Sequence record: NC_021796.1 | Origin: Cellulophaga phage phi38:1 | Direction: 5' to 3' (one strand) | Length of the DNA: 32,000 bases | In this document: in pieces, positions 1 through 7,657 of the stretch | How positions within the stretch are numbered: position 1 is the stretch's first letter | Layout: the number at the start of each line of letters is the position of its first letter | Notes under the pieces: generated by a model | Database searches by the model: none | What the model was told of the DNA's origin: nothing | What the model saw: only the letters and a program-made list of their open reading frames with translations | Made by a program: the position numbers and the translations under genes

Positions 1-12
1 TAATCAAATTAT

Positions 13-195
13 ATGAAAACTAATATGAAAGTTAATATAGAGAATTTAATCGATAAGAGTCCTAGGGAGTTGAACATCCTTAAGAAAGAGTATTTAGATA
101 ACATGGATTTCGTAAGCGCTTGCGAGGTAAAGAGCTTCGCTAGGCATTGTACAAAAATAAAAATGTTGGTGAAAAGGGGGGGTCAAGAACAATAA
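13..195 (+). CDS. hypothetical small protein (60 aa)
   Basis: Plus-strand ORF with ATG start, in line with downstream genes; no recognisable domain. Confidence 0.4.
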   Translation: MKTNMKVNIENLIDKSPRELNILKKEYLDNMDFVSACEVKSFARHCTKIKMLVKRGGQEQ

Positions 196-206
196 AATAA
201 AAGGGT

Positions 207-214
207 TATCTTTG
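207..214 (+). promoter_or_regulatory. Candidate Bacteroidota -7 element (TATCTTTG)
   Basis: TATCTTTG matches TAnnTTTG and lies in the intergenic gap 31 nt before the ATG at 245. No convincing -33 TTG at the right spacing. Confidence 0.4.
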
Positions 215-244
215 TAGTGTAACAAATTATAAACAACACAAACA

Positions 245-787
245 ATGGGAAAAGGAATAGCAGCATTATCGTACTTACCTAAAGTAGATATTTTATTCCC
301 TGCAGAAAACGCAGCTTGTTCAACTGACGCTCTTAAAGGGGCAGCATTCTTAGTTTCAAAACTACAAGCAAACGGTACCGCAGACGGAACATACTCTAAC
401 TTAATATCAAAAGGTAACTCTCCTTACAGCACATCTAAGTGGACTGTAGTGGTAGCAGACTCAGGAACTACATTTACATGTACTTTCGTAGAAGAAGAAA
501 CAGTTCAATCAGGGGCTAGCGGTAGATCTGCATTGACTACAAGACGTCCTGTAAGTTTAGTTAGAGCTACCGGAGGTACTTTCGACTTTAACACAAGGTC
601 AGTATTGGCACTTATAAACTTCATTGAGAAGATGGAGGATAAGGTAGCACAGACAGCCGACGATAACGCAGGAGATGGCACTTTAACAGAGCTGACTCTA
701 AGAGGGTTCACACCTTTCGACGCATTTGTTTGGACTATCACTAAGCTAGACGATGTATATACAGTAGTGTCTACAGAAGGATCATAA
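245..787 (+). CDS. hypothetical phage protein (180 aa), possibly virion-associated
   Basis: Intact ATG ORF in the intergenic pattern of the module; Thr/Ser/Gly-rich beta-like composition; no family recognised. Confidence 0.75.
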   Translation: MGKGIAALSYLPKVDILFPAENAACSTDALKGAAFLVSKLQANGTADGTYSNLISKGNSPYSTSKWTVVVADSGTTFTCTFVEEETVQSGASGRSALTTRRPVSLVRATGGTFDFNTRSVLALINFIEKMEDKVAQTADDNAGDGTLTELTLRGFTPFDAFVWTITKLDDVYTVVSTEGS

Positions 788-808
788 TAACATAAACACC
801 AACCAACC

Positions 809-843
809 AAAGAGTTAAGGCCAAAAGCTTTAGCTCTTTTTTC
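809..843 (+). terminator. Intrinsic terminator
   Basis: Stem aaagagttaagg / ctttagctcttt (about 12 bp with two G-U pairs), loop ccaaaag, followed by a T-run; directly after the stop at 787. Confidence 0.7.
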
Positions 844-851
844 ATTTGTAT

Positions 852-1427
852 ATGTCAGGTAAATTACTTACCTTTACTACAATGGATGACAAATTAATTA
901 AAAGGAGAGAGCACGAAGGCTTCGTCCATGAGAGGATAACAGAAGATATCTTATTTAAAAGGATGGCATTAAAGAAGCAGAAAGATTATAAGAAGAAGGT
1001 AAGGGTTGCTAATTTAGATTACAACTTCTTGCAGTACTCTTATATGGTAAGGGAGTGGGCTAAGAGAAACCACAACCTGACAGATAGGCAGATAGGGATA
1101 CTCTTCTACATATATCCACTACAAATATTTACAGTCCAACAATTTAAAGACGCTATTAAAGAGATGGGAATAAGTGATTATACTCAGTTCGGAAAATTAC
1201 GTAAAGAGGGTTGGATAATAGAGTGGGCCAAATCTGAGAGAATAAAGTACTTCGTATTAAGCCACAAAGGAAACGAGCTAATGAAGAGGTGCCACAAGAT
1301 GTTCATGTTGGAGGAGGAGATACCAATGAGCGCTAGGAGAAATGTAATAGTGAGGAGTAACAAAAAAGCAGACGAAGGGTTAATAGGGCTTTTCAAATTA
1401 TTTAACGACAAAGTAAAAAACAAGTAG
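852..1427 (+). CDS. putative winged-helix/MarR-like DNA-binding protein
   Basis: The track ORF opens at TTG 846; the ATG at 852 (MSGKLLTF...) is the likelier start. LTDRQIGILFYIY...FTVQQFKDAIKEMG...FGKLRKEGWIIEW...KYFVLSHKGNELMKR resembles a winged-helix fold. Confidence 0.6.
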   Translation: MSGKLLTFTTMDDKLIKRREHEGFVHERITEDILFKRMALKKQKDYKKKVRVANLDYNFLQYSYMVREWAKRNHNLTDRQIGILFYIYPLQIFTVQQFKDAIKEMGISDYTQFGKLRKEGWIIEWAKSERIKYFVLSHKGNELMKRCHKMFMLEEEIPMSARRNVIVRSNKKADEGLIGLFKLFNDKVKNK

Positions 1428-1428
1428 T

Positions 1429-1890
1429 ATGGCAACAGCAAAAAACAGTAAAGCAAAGACAACAGCAGCGACAAAGGCAGAAGATAAGGTAGAGGCTAGC
1501 CACAAAGCTAAGCTAAAGGAGGTAGACAACACTCCGGAGAAGTTAGAAAGTGACAGATTAAGCAACATCGCAAAAACGTGTCACGAGGTGAACCGAGCGT
1601 ATTGCGAGGGTCATAATGATATGTCACAAGCCCCTTGGGAAGAGGTTCCAGATAATATTAAAAACTCTGCTATAGACGGTGTTAAGTTCGCACTAGCTAA
1701 TCCAAAAGCAACATCAAAATCTATGCACGACAACTGGCTTGCGTTTAAGATAGAAGACGGTTGGGTGTACGGAGAGACTAAAGATATTGAGAAAAAAGAA
1801 CACAATTGTTTAGTTGCATATGAGGAACTTCCTCTAGCTCAGAGGGTTAAAGACAGTTTGTTCCTAACAGTAGTTAGAAGTTTTGAGTAA
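1429..1890 (+). CDS. RyR-domain protein
   Basis: IAKTCHEVNRAYCEGHND-SQAPWEEVPDNIKNSAIDGVKFALANPKA...MHDNWLAFKIEDGWVYGETKDIEKKEHNCLVAYEELPLAQRVKDSLFLTVV matches the RyR domain pattern (CHE.NRA, PW, HENW, DGW.YG..KD..KKEH.C..Y.eLP..Q..KD). Confidence 0.88.
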   Translation: MATAKNSKAKTTAATKAEDKVEASHKAKLKEVDNTPEKLESDRLSNIAKTCHEVNRAYCEGHNDMSQAPWEEVPDNIKNSAIDGVKFALANPKATSKSMHDNWLAFKIEDGWVYGETKDIEKKEHNCLVAYEELPLAQRVKDSLFLTVVRSFE

Positions 1891-1926
1891 TATAAACCTA
1901 TTTTAGAAAGGAGGTTAACTAGAGGC

Positions 1927-1959
1927 AAGGGGGGTTCATTTATGTTCCTCCCTTTTTTT
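1927..1959 (+). terminator. Intrinsic terminator
   Basis: aagggggg ttcatttatgtt cctccctt followed by a T-run; 8-bp stem with one G-U pair. Confidence 0.75.
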
Positions 1960-1975
1960 GTACCTTTACATTAAA
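1960..1975 (+). promoter_or_regulatory. Candidate promoter-like element GTACCTTTACATTAAA
   Basis: Directly after the terminator T-run and upstream of the ATG at 1988; nearly identical to 24590-24605. TACCTTTA is one base off TAnnTTTG. Confidence 0.4.
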
Positions 1976-1987
1976 ATTTATATAAAT

Positions 1988-2263
1988 ATGGCACCACCAA
2001 AAAAGAAGGGCGCTTTAAGTAAATCAGCTAAATTTTATAGGGATAATCCTACAGCTAGAAAGAAAAAAGCAGCCGACGATAAAAAAATAAACGCAAGACC
2101 AGAACAGAAAAAGAAAAGATCTGAATCAGGGTCGAAGAGATACGCTGCTAAAAAGTCCGGCAAGAATATTTCTGGAAAAGACTACGATCATGCGGTAGGG
2201 AAGTTTGTTTCTTCTTCTACTAACAGAGGTAGAAAAGGAGAAGGCGGACGGAAGAAAAAATAA
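1988..2263 (+). CDS. small Lys/Arg-rich conserved phage protein
   Basis: Track ORF opens at 1958, but ATG 1988 (MAPPKKKGALSKSAKFYRDNPTARKKKAADDKKINARPEQKKKRSE...) is the probable start. It resembles a small basic protein family seen in marine phages. Confidence 0.75.
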   Translation: MAPPKKKGALSKSAKFYRDNPTARKKKAADDKKINARPEQKKKRSESGSKRYAAKKSGKNISGKDYDHAVGKFVSSSTNRGRKGEGGRKKK

Positions 2264-2266
2264 CTA

Positions 2267-2632
2267 ATGAATACATTGATAGCTAAACTTAAACAAAAAG
2301 AAGATAGTTTAATTACATACGATGTAGCTAGTACCCATACAACCGGAAAGAGGATAGAATTGGTAAGCGGACTTTTTACAGAAAGGTTGCCAAGCATGGA
2401 TGACACATTATTCTTTAGGGGTGAGTTAAAGGCAGGTAAAATAGTCGAGTCTCACCACCATGATTGCATAGAGGAGTTAGTAGTTTACAGCGGAGTGTTA
2501 AGAGAATTGGTCACAGGATTAGAATTAAAGAATTTTGGAAGGCTGATAATACCTATAGGACAATGTCACATACTGTACGCCGAAAAAGATTGCGTTTTTT
2601 ACGCCCACCTACATAAACCCCAAACAAAGTAA
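2267..2632 (+). CDS. cupin-like fold protein
   Basis: ELKAGKIVESHHHDCIEELVVYSGVLRELVTG...RLIIPIGQCHILYAEKDCVFYAHLHK follows the cupin motif 1 and motif 2 pattern, with histidines and a glutamate at metal-ligand-like positions. Confidence 0.6.
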   Translation: MNTLIAKLKQKEDSLITYDVASTHTTGKRIELVSGLFTERLPSMDDTLFFRGELKAGKIVESHHHDCIEELVVYSGVLRELVTGLELKNFGRLIIPIGQCHILYAEKDCVFYAHLHKPQTK

Positions 2633-3027
2633 TGGAATTTGAAGTAATAGAAAAAATAGGTATTGGAGTACTTGGATTAGTCTCTACGATAATAGCCCTT
2701 AACAAAGATATGATACAAAGCTCTTTCAGTAGGAAGAGTAATACCGTATCCATAGATGTTAGTAAAGAGGATTTAGAAAGCATGCAACTAAAAAATGTAG
2801 AGCACGAGATCAACATTTATAGGGGGCTACTAGATGATATGGTTACCCGTCACAAGGCGACCATAATAGATTTACAAGACAGCTTCGCAGAGTCTCTTTC
2901 TAGATTAGAAGGTAAGATAGAAGAGCTTAATAACTTGGTACTAGAGCAAAAAGGGTTTATAGAAAAGCAAAGTAAGAGGTTGCACTTCTATGAAAAGAAA
3001 TTCGGAAAGATAAACGACCATATATAA
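2632..3027 (+). CDS. small membrane protein with N-terminal TM and coiled coil (holin- or spanin-like candidate)
   Basis: Hydrophobic IGIGVLGLVSTIIAL near the N-terminus, then a predicted coiled coil; directly upstream of the amidase. Confidence 0.5.
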   Translation: MEFEVIEKIGIGVLGLVSTIIALNKDMIQSSFSRKSNTVSIDVSKEDLESMQLKNVEHEINIYRGLLDDMVTRHKATIIDLQDSFAESLSRLEGKIEELNNLVLEQKGFIEKQSKRLHFYEKKFGKINDHI

Positions 3028-3036
3028 AAAAGAAAG

Positions 3037-3663
3037 ATGATAAAGAACGTAGTATTAGACCCCGGACATGGAGGGATAGACAGGAACGGTAAATACACAA
3101 CAGCTCCGGCTAAGATGTACAAATTCCCTAACGGAGAAGTGGCCTATGAAGGGGTTCTTAACAGGGCTATAGCTAAAGAGGTCGCTAGATGTCTAGAGGG
3201 TGAAAGTGGTATAAATGTAATATTTACAGTATCGCCAGAGGATCCTAAAGACGTATCATTAAGCGAGAGGGTTAGAATTACGAATAAGTACAACTCTAAG
3301 GAGACGGTATTCATATCCATTCATTGTAACGCATCTGCATCACACAAAGGTGAAGGATTTGAGATATACACGACCAAGGGAACTACTAAAAGTGATAGAC
3401 TAGCAGAATTGATAGCAGACTCGGCAGAGGTGTCTATTAAAGATGTGAGCATGAAACTTAGGTACGACTTATCAGACAAAGATAAAGACAAGGAGTCCAA
3501 CTTCAAAGTAATAAGAGAAACCAACTGCCCTGCGGTTTTAATAGAGTGTGGGTTCTTTGATAACGAGAAAGACTTCAAGAACTTGAAAGATCCAAAATTC
3601 CAATCGGATTTAGGGTCTAGGATTTACACAGGAATTTTAAACTATATAAATGAAAATAGGTAA
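3037..3663 (+). CDS. N-acetylmuramoyl-L-alanine amidase (Amidase_3 family), endolysin
   Basis: VVLDPGHGG, conserved E (AYEGVLN), SERVRITN, FISIHCNA, CPAVLIECGFFDN: the zinc-ligand and catalytic motifs of Amidase_3. Confidence 0.93.
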   Translation: MIKNVVLDPGHGGIDRNGKYTTAPAKMYKFPNGEVAYEGVLNRAIAKEVARCLEGESGINVIFTVSPEDPKDVSLSERVRITNKYNSKETVFISIHCNASASHKGEGFEIYTTKGTTKSDRLAELIADSAEVSIKDVSMKLRYDLSDKDKDKESNFKVIRETNCPAVLIECGFFDNEKDFKNLKDPKFQSDLGSRIYTGILNYINENR

Positions 3664-4249
3664 CACGGAAATAACCGTAAATTTAATACCATGGGTGATT
3701 GCTATAATAAGCTCTATGATGCTATTTACGGAGTGCAATAGAAAAAGTGGTATAGAATATATAGAAAAAGAAGTAAAGGTCTTAGTGCCGTCCGTAGAGG
3801 GCTCCTTCGAGGAGGTGAAGCCCGTTAAAATAAACACTACGGTAGTTGAGATAGATTCTACCTACTACGAGAGGTATGTATCTTTAAAAGATAGCGTAAG
3901 TAAGTTAGAGTTGTTCAAGGAGGCTATAGAGATAAATGAATACTCAGAAAAGTTCACAGACTCATTACAAACTATTGAAGTGTACACTAAGACGAGGGGA
4001 GAGATACTAGGGCAGTCTGTAAAATATAAGACTAACCCATATTACATAGAAACCGAAGTAAAGATACCTATAGAAGCTAAGAGGTACTTTTCAATAGGTA
4101 CAGAAGTAGGAGTATCTACAATAGAGCCATTGACAACTACTCCGGTAGTAAAAGGTAATCTACTTTACACAAATAAGAAAGGAAACACAATCTCAATATC
4201 TTACGATACAGAAGGAAGAGCTTGGATTGGAAAAACATGGAAATTATAG
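3650..4249 (+). CDS. putative membrane-anchored lysis-associated protein
   Basis: N-terminal TM segment LIPWVIAIISSMMLF followed by a charged domain; overlaps the 3' end of the amidase gene by 14 nt. Confidence 0.5.
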   Translation: MKIGNTEITVNLIPWVIAIISSMMLFTECNRKSGIEYIEKEVKVLVPSVEGSFEEVKPVKINTTVVEIDSTYYERYVSLKDSVSKLELFKEAIEINEYSEKFTDSLQTIEVYTKTRGEILGQSVKYKTNPYYIETEVKIPIEAKRYFSIGTEVGVSTIEPLTTTPVVKGNLLYTNKKGNTISISYDTEGRAWIGKTWKL

Positions 4250-7180
4250 ATGGCTAGAATAAAGAATACCGACGTATATGTATTTGACAACGTACCTGAA
4301 TCATCGTCGTTTTTAGTTGGGTCAGACCAAGGAGACGGTAGGATAACTAAGTCATACAGAATAGATACCATATTTGGGATACTTCCCTCATATGGATATT
4401 TCACAGACGCACCTAGAGATGGTCAGCCTTACCTAAGACAAAACGGGTCTTGGGCATTAGTGCCTGCATCTGGTGTAGGTAGTGTGTTCTCGGTGTTTGG
4501 TCAAACAGGTGCTATAGAGGCAAAAGAAGACGATTACAAGGACTTCTACTCTTTGCTAGGACATACGCACACAGAGAGCGAGATAATCGATCTAGGAGAC
4601 TATTTAGAGTCTGTAAACATATCTGATATAAATGCCACAGGGAGCGCAAACTCAAACACGTTCCTTAGGGGAGACGGAGTGTGGGCAGACGCCTCTAATA
4701 TAAATAGCGTATTTGGAAGAGGTGGAGAAGTTACAGCAGAAGAAGGAGACTACTCAGGATTCTACTCTTTGCTAGGGCATACTCATAACTCTTCTGAAAT
4801 AGACGACTTTAACTCAGAGCTATCCGGAAAAAATAACACTACAGCTTATACTCCAACAGGGGATTACAACGTATCAACTAAAAAGTACGTAGATGACTCT
4901 ATATCTTCATACAATCGAGTTACCGGAGTATTCGGTAGAGATGGAGAAGTTACAGCAGAAGAAGGAGATTACTCAGGATTCTACTCTTTATTAGGACACA
5001 CTCACTTAGAATCAGACATCACAGATTTAGGGAACTACCTAGAGTCTGTAAATATTGGAGATATAAACGCACTAGGTACACCTACCTCAGATAATTTTCT
5101 TAGGGGAGATGGTAATTGGGCAAGCATAGCTACCTCATTATCAGGACTTTCTGACGTAACCCTAGGATCTGTATTGTCAGGAGAAGTTTTAAGACATAAT
5201 GGAACAGTTTGGGAGAATAAAAAAATAACTATAGCAGACATAGATAATTTCCCGTCTTACGAGTTATTATCAAATAAGGGGGCATCTAACGGATACGCAC
5301 CCCTTAACGCATCTGGACTTATAGATTCAGGATACTTACCATCTTTCGTAGATGATGTTTTAGAGTTCAATGACTACGCCAGTTTCCCATTAACAGGAGA
5401 GACTGGTAAAATATACATTGACCTTTATGAGAATAATCTTTATAGATGGGGAGGGTCTAACTACATACCAGTAGGCGGAACAGAGGCTATTAACTGGGGA
5501 GCAATCACAGGTACCTTATCTAATCAAACAGATTTACAATCGGCATTAGATGGTAAACTAGGAACTCTTGGAACAGCCTACAACTCAAATTTACTAGGTG
5601 GGTTTAACTCAGGTCAGTTTTTAAGAAGTGATACTAGTGATACTATGAATGGTACGTTAGGTGTGCTTCAAAACATAAATGTCGGAGGTAGTTTAGATGT
5701 AGACGGTAATTCTAATACTTCTGGTATATTGGCAACTCAGGAGTATTTAATAACTAAAGGATCATCAAATGGACTAAGATTGCAGAATCCGATAAGTGTA
5801 GGAGATGCAGCAGATATCTATATGTCTTACTATGATTCAGTAAACACTAGGATGGGTTATGTTGGATTTGGATCTCAAAGTAGTTCAGACTTTATTATCA
5901 GGAATGACATGGCCGATAGTACCCTAACACTCTCTTCCACAGGAACAAAAGACCTAAAATACTCAAGTAACGGAATTACTGGCACTGTATGGCATTCTGC
6001 TAATGATGGGATTGGTTCTGGATTAGATGCCGATAGATTTAGAGGACTTACTAAATCTAGTTCAGGAGATCGATTTAACATAGTACCAGTAGTAAGTCCA
6101 ACAGGCGTAATGGAAATTGGAAGGTATGTTGATTTTCACGATTCAGATGAAGATACATCCGATTATAGTAATAGATTGTCATCGAATGGAGCAAGTGGGT
6201 TGACTGCATCAGGTAACTTTACTTCTTCTAAAGAGCTTCGTAGTGAAAACTCTGGGGAAAATGCAAGGTTATTGTACCTTGCTACAGAACGTCCTTGGTA
6301 TTTTAAACAAGGATTAACAGGGGGTACAACTAGATTATCATTAATATCAACATCTGCTTCTAAGGTTTTTACAATAGGAGACGAGACAAATGATGACAAC
6401 TTTATTGTAAATGCATCAAGCGGTTCAATTACAACACAAGGAGAAATTACCGCAAATGGTAATAATATATATACAGAAAACTGTAGAATTAGAGATAATG
6501 GAATAGGTGCGCTTATTGTTAGTGCATCAGGAGATGGTGTATACCTGAGACCAAATGGAGACGGCTCGGTTGCAGGTCAGTTTGAAATTTCCTCAAGTAA
6601 AGTGGTGACATCAAATCACATTGAAGTAACAGCAGCCGAGAGAAGAGTTGCTTACTCAGTTTGGTCAGGTAGTACATATGGTATTGGAATGGGGTCTGGC
6701 TATACTTATGGTGCATTGAGTGGATATGCAATGACTTTTCAAATGAACTCTGACGCAGGCAGAGGTTGGTGGTGGGGGAAATCAACCCACAGTAACGCAC
6801 AAGGAGCTATGTCCTTAGCTAATGATGGAAGATTAACAGTAGGTAGCACGGTAACTGCTACTAACTTTATATTATCATCTGATAAAAGGTTAAAAGAAAA
6901 TATAAAAGAGTATAAACCTCTTGACCTAAGCTTCAAGGCAGTAACATTCGATTGGATAGACAAGGAGCACGGGGGTACTCAAACTGGATATATAGCACAG
7001 GATGTAGAGATGAGTAATCCTCAATTTGTAAACACAGATAATAATGGATTTAAGTCTGTAAAGTACATAGATGTACTAGTTGCTAAAATGGCAGAGAAGG
7101 ATATTCAAATAGAATCTTTGGAAGAGAGGGTTGAAATATTAGAAGAAAAACTAAACTTAATAGTAGATAATTTATTATAA
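4250..7180 (+). CDS. tail fibre/tail spike protein with C-terminal S74 intramolecular chaperone
   Basis: N-terminal MARIKNTDVYVFD shared with the 7658 ORF, internal SVFGRGGEVTAEEGDYSGFYSLLGHTH repeats, and C-terminal SSDKRLKENIKEYKPLDLSFKAVTFDWID...GYIAQDVE typical of Peptidase_S74. Confidence 0.93.
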   Translation: MARIKNTDVYVFDNVPESSSFLVGSDQGDGRITKSYRIDTIFGILPSYGYFTDAPRDGQPYLRQNGSWALVPASGVGSVFSVFGQTGAIEAKEDDYKDFYSLLGHTHTESEIIDLGDYLESVNISDINATGSANSNTFLRGDGVWADASNINSVFGRGGEVTAEEGDYSGFYSLLGHTHNSSEIDDFNSELSGKNNTTAYTPTGDYNVSTKKYVDDSISSYNRVTGVFGRDGEVTAEEGDYSGFYSLLGHTHLESDITDLGNYLESVNIGDINALGTPTSDNFLRGDGNWASIATSLSGLSDVTLGSVLSGEVLRHNGTVWENKKITIADIDNFPSYELLSNKGASNGYAPLNASGLIDSGYLPSFVDDVLEFNDYASFPLTGETGKIYIDLYENNLYRWGGSNYIPVGGTEAINWGAITGTLSNQTDLQSALDGKLGTLGTAYNSNLLGGFNSGQFLRSDTSDTMNGTLGVLQNINVGGSLDVDGNSNTSGILATQEYLITKGSSNGLRLQNPISVGDAADIYMSYYDSVNTRMGYVGFGSQSSSDFIIRNDMADSTLTLSSTGTKDLKYSSNGITGTVWHSANDGIGSGLDADRFRGLTKSSSGDRFNIVPVVSPTGVMEIGRYVDFHDSDEDTSDYSNRLSSNGASGLTASGNFTSSKELRSENSGENARLLYLATERPWYFKQGLTGGTTRLSLISTSASKVFTIGDETNDDNFIVNASSGSITTQGEITANGNNIYTENCRIRDNGIGALIVSASGDGVYLRPNGDGSVAGQFEISSSKVVTSNHIEVTAAERRVAYSVWSGSTYGIGMGSGYTYGALSGYAMTFQMNSDAGRGWWWGKSTHSNAQGAMSLANDGRLTVGSTVTATNFILSSDKRLKENIKEYKPLDLSFKAVTFDWIDKEHGGTQTGYIAQDVEMSNPQFVNTDNNGFKSVKYIDVLVAKMAEKDIQIESLEERVEILEEKLNLIVDNLL

Positions 7181-7632
7181 TGTCAGTACCAAACACAACA
7201 ACATTTAACCTGATAAATGTAACAACAGAGTTAGGCTTATCGTCTAACTCTAGTTTACAGGAGTGCTTTTCGGTGTCGTCTGCAAATGGATTTGACTCTA
7301 GCTATGCAGGCAGCAAGAACGGACTATTGAACTTTAGAAACTATAGCAATGTAGCAACGGAAGTCACAACTAGAATTGTAATGTCAAATACAGGAACATC
7401 CGCATTACCTAACGCATGTAGCACCTTAACAACAAGTGTTTTCAGGTATTTCAGAAGCACTGTAAGTTACCCTAGGATTGGAGATATAATATACGGAGAT
7501 TCAAACCTAAACTTCCCAATGAACGGACTTAATAATTATTTTAAGTTTGAGTACACAACAGGAACAGGTTCATATTTAATAAGAGTAAGCTCACAAGGGC
7601 AAGTGGTTAGTAGTGTAGCACTATGTTCATAA
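7180..7632 (+). CDS. putative tail/fibre-associated protein
   Basis: Overlaps the fibre gene by 1 nt (taATG) and lies between two fibre genes; starts TTFNLINVTTELGLSSNSSLQECFS, resembling small tail-associated proteins of Bacteroidota phages. Confidence 0.55.
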   Translation: MSVPNTTTFNLINVTTELGLSSNSSLQECFSVSSANGFDSSYAGSKNGLLNFRNYSNVATEVTTRIVMSNTGTSALPNACSTLTTSVFRYFRSTVSYPRIGDIIYGDSNLNFPMNGLNNYFKFEYTTGTGSYLIRVSSQGQVVSSVALCS

Positions 7633-7657
7633 TTAACAGAAAACAACAATAAAAGTA

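Noticed and set aside
787-852. Translation start of the 846 ORF at TTG
   Set aside because: TTG at 846 overlaps the promoter-like/terminator tail region; ATG at 852 is a better start.
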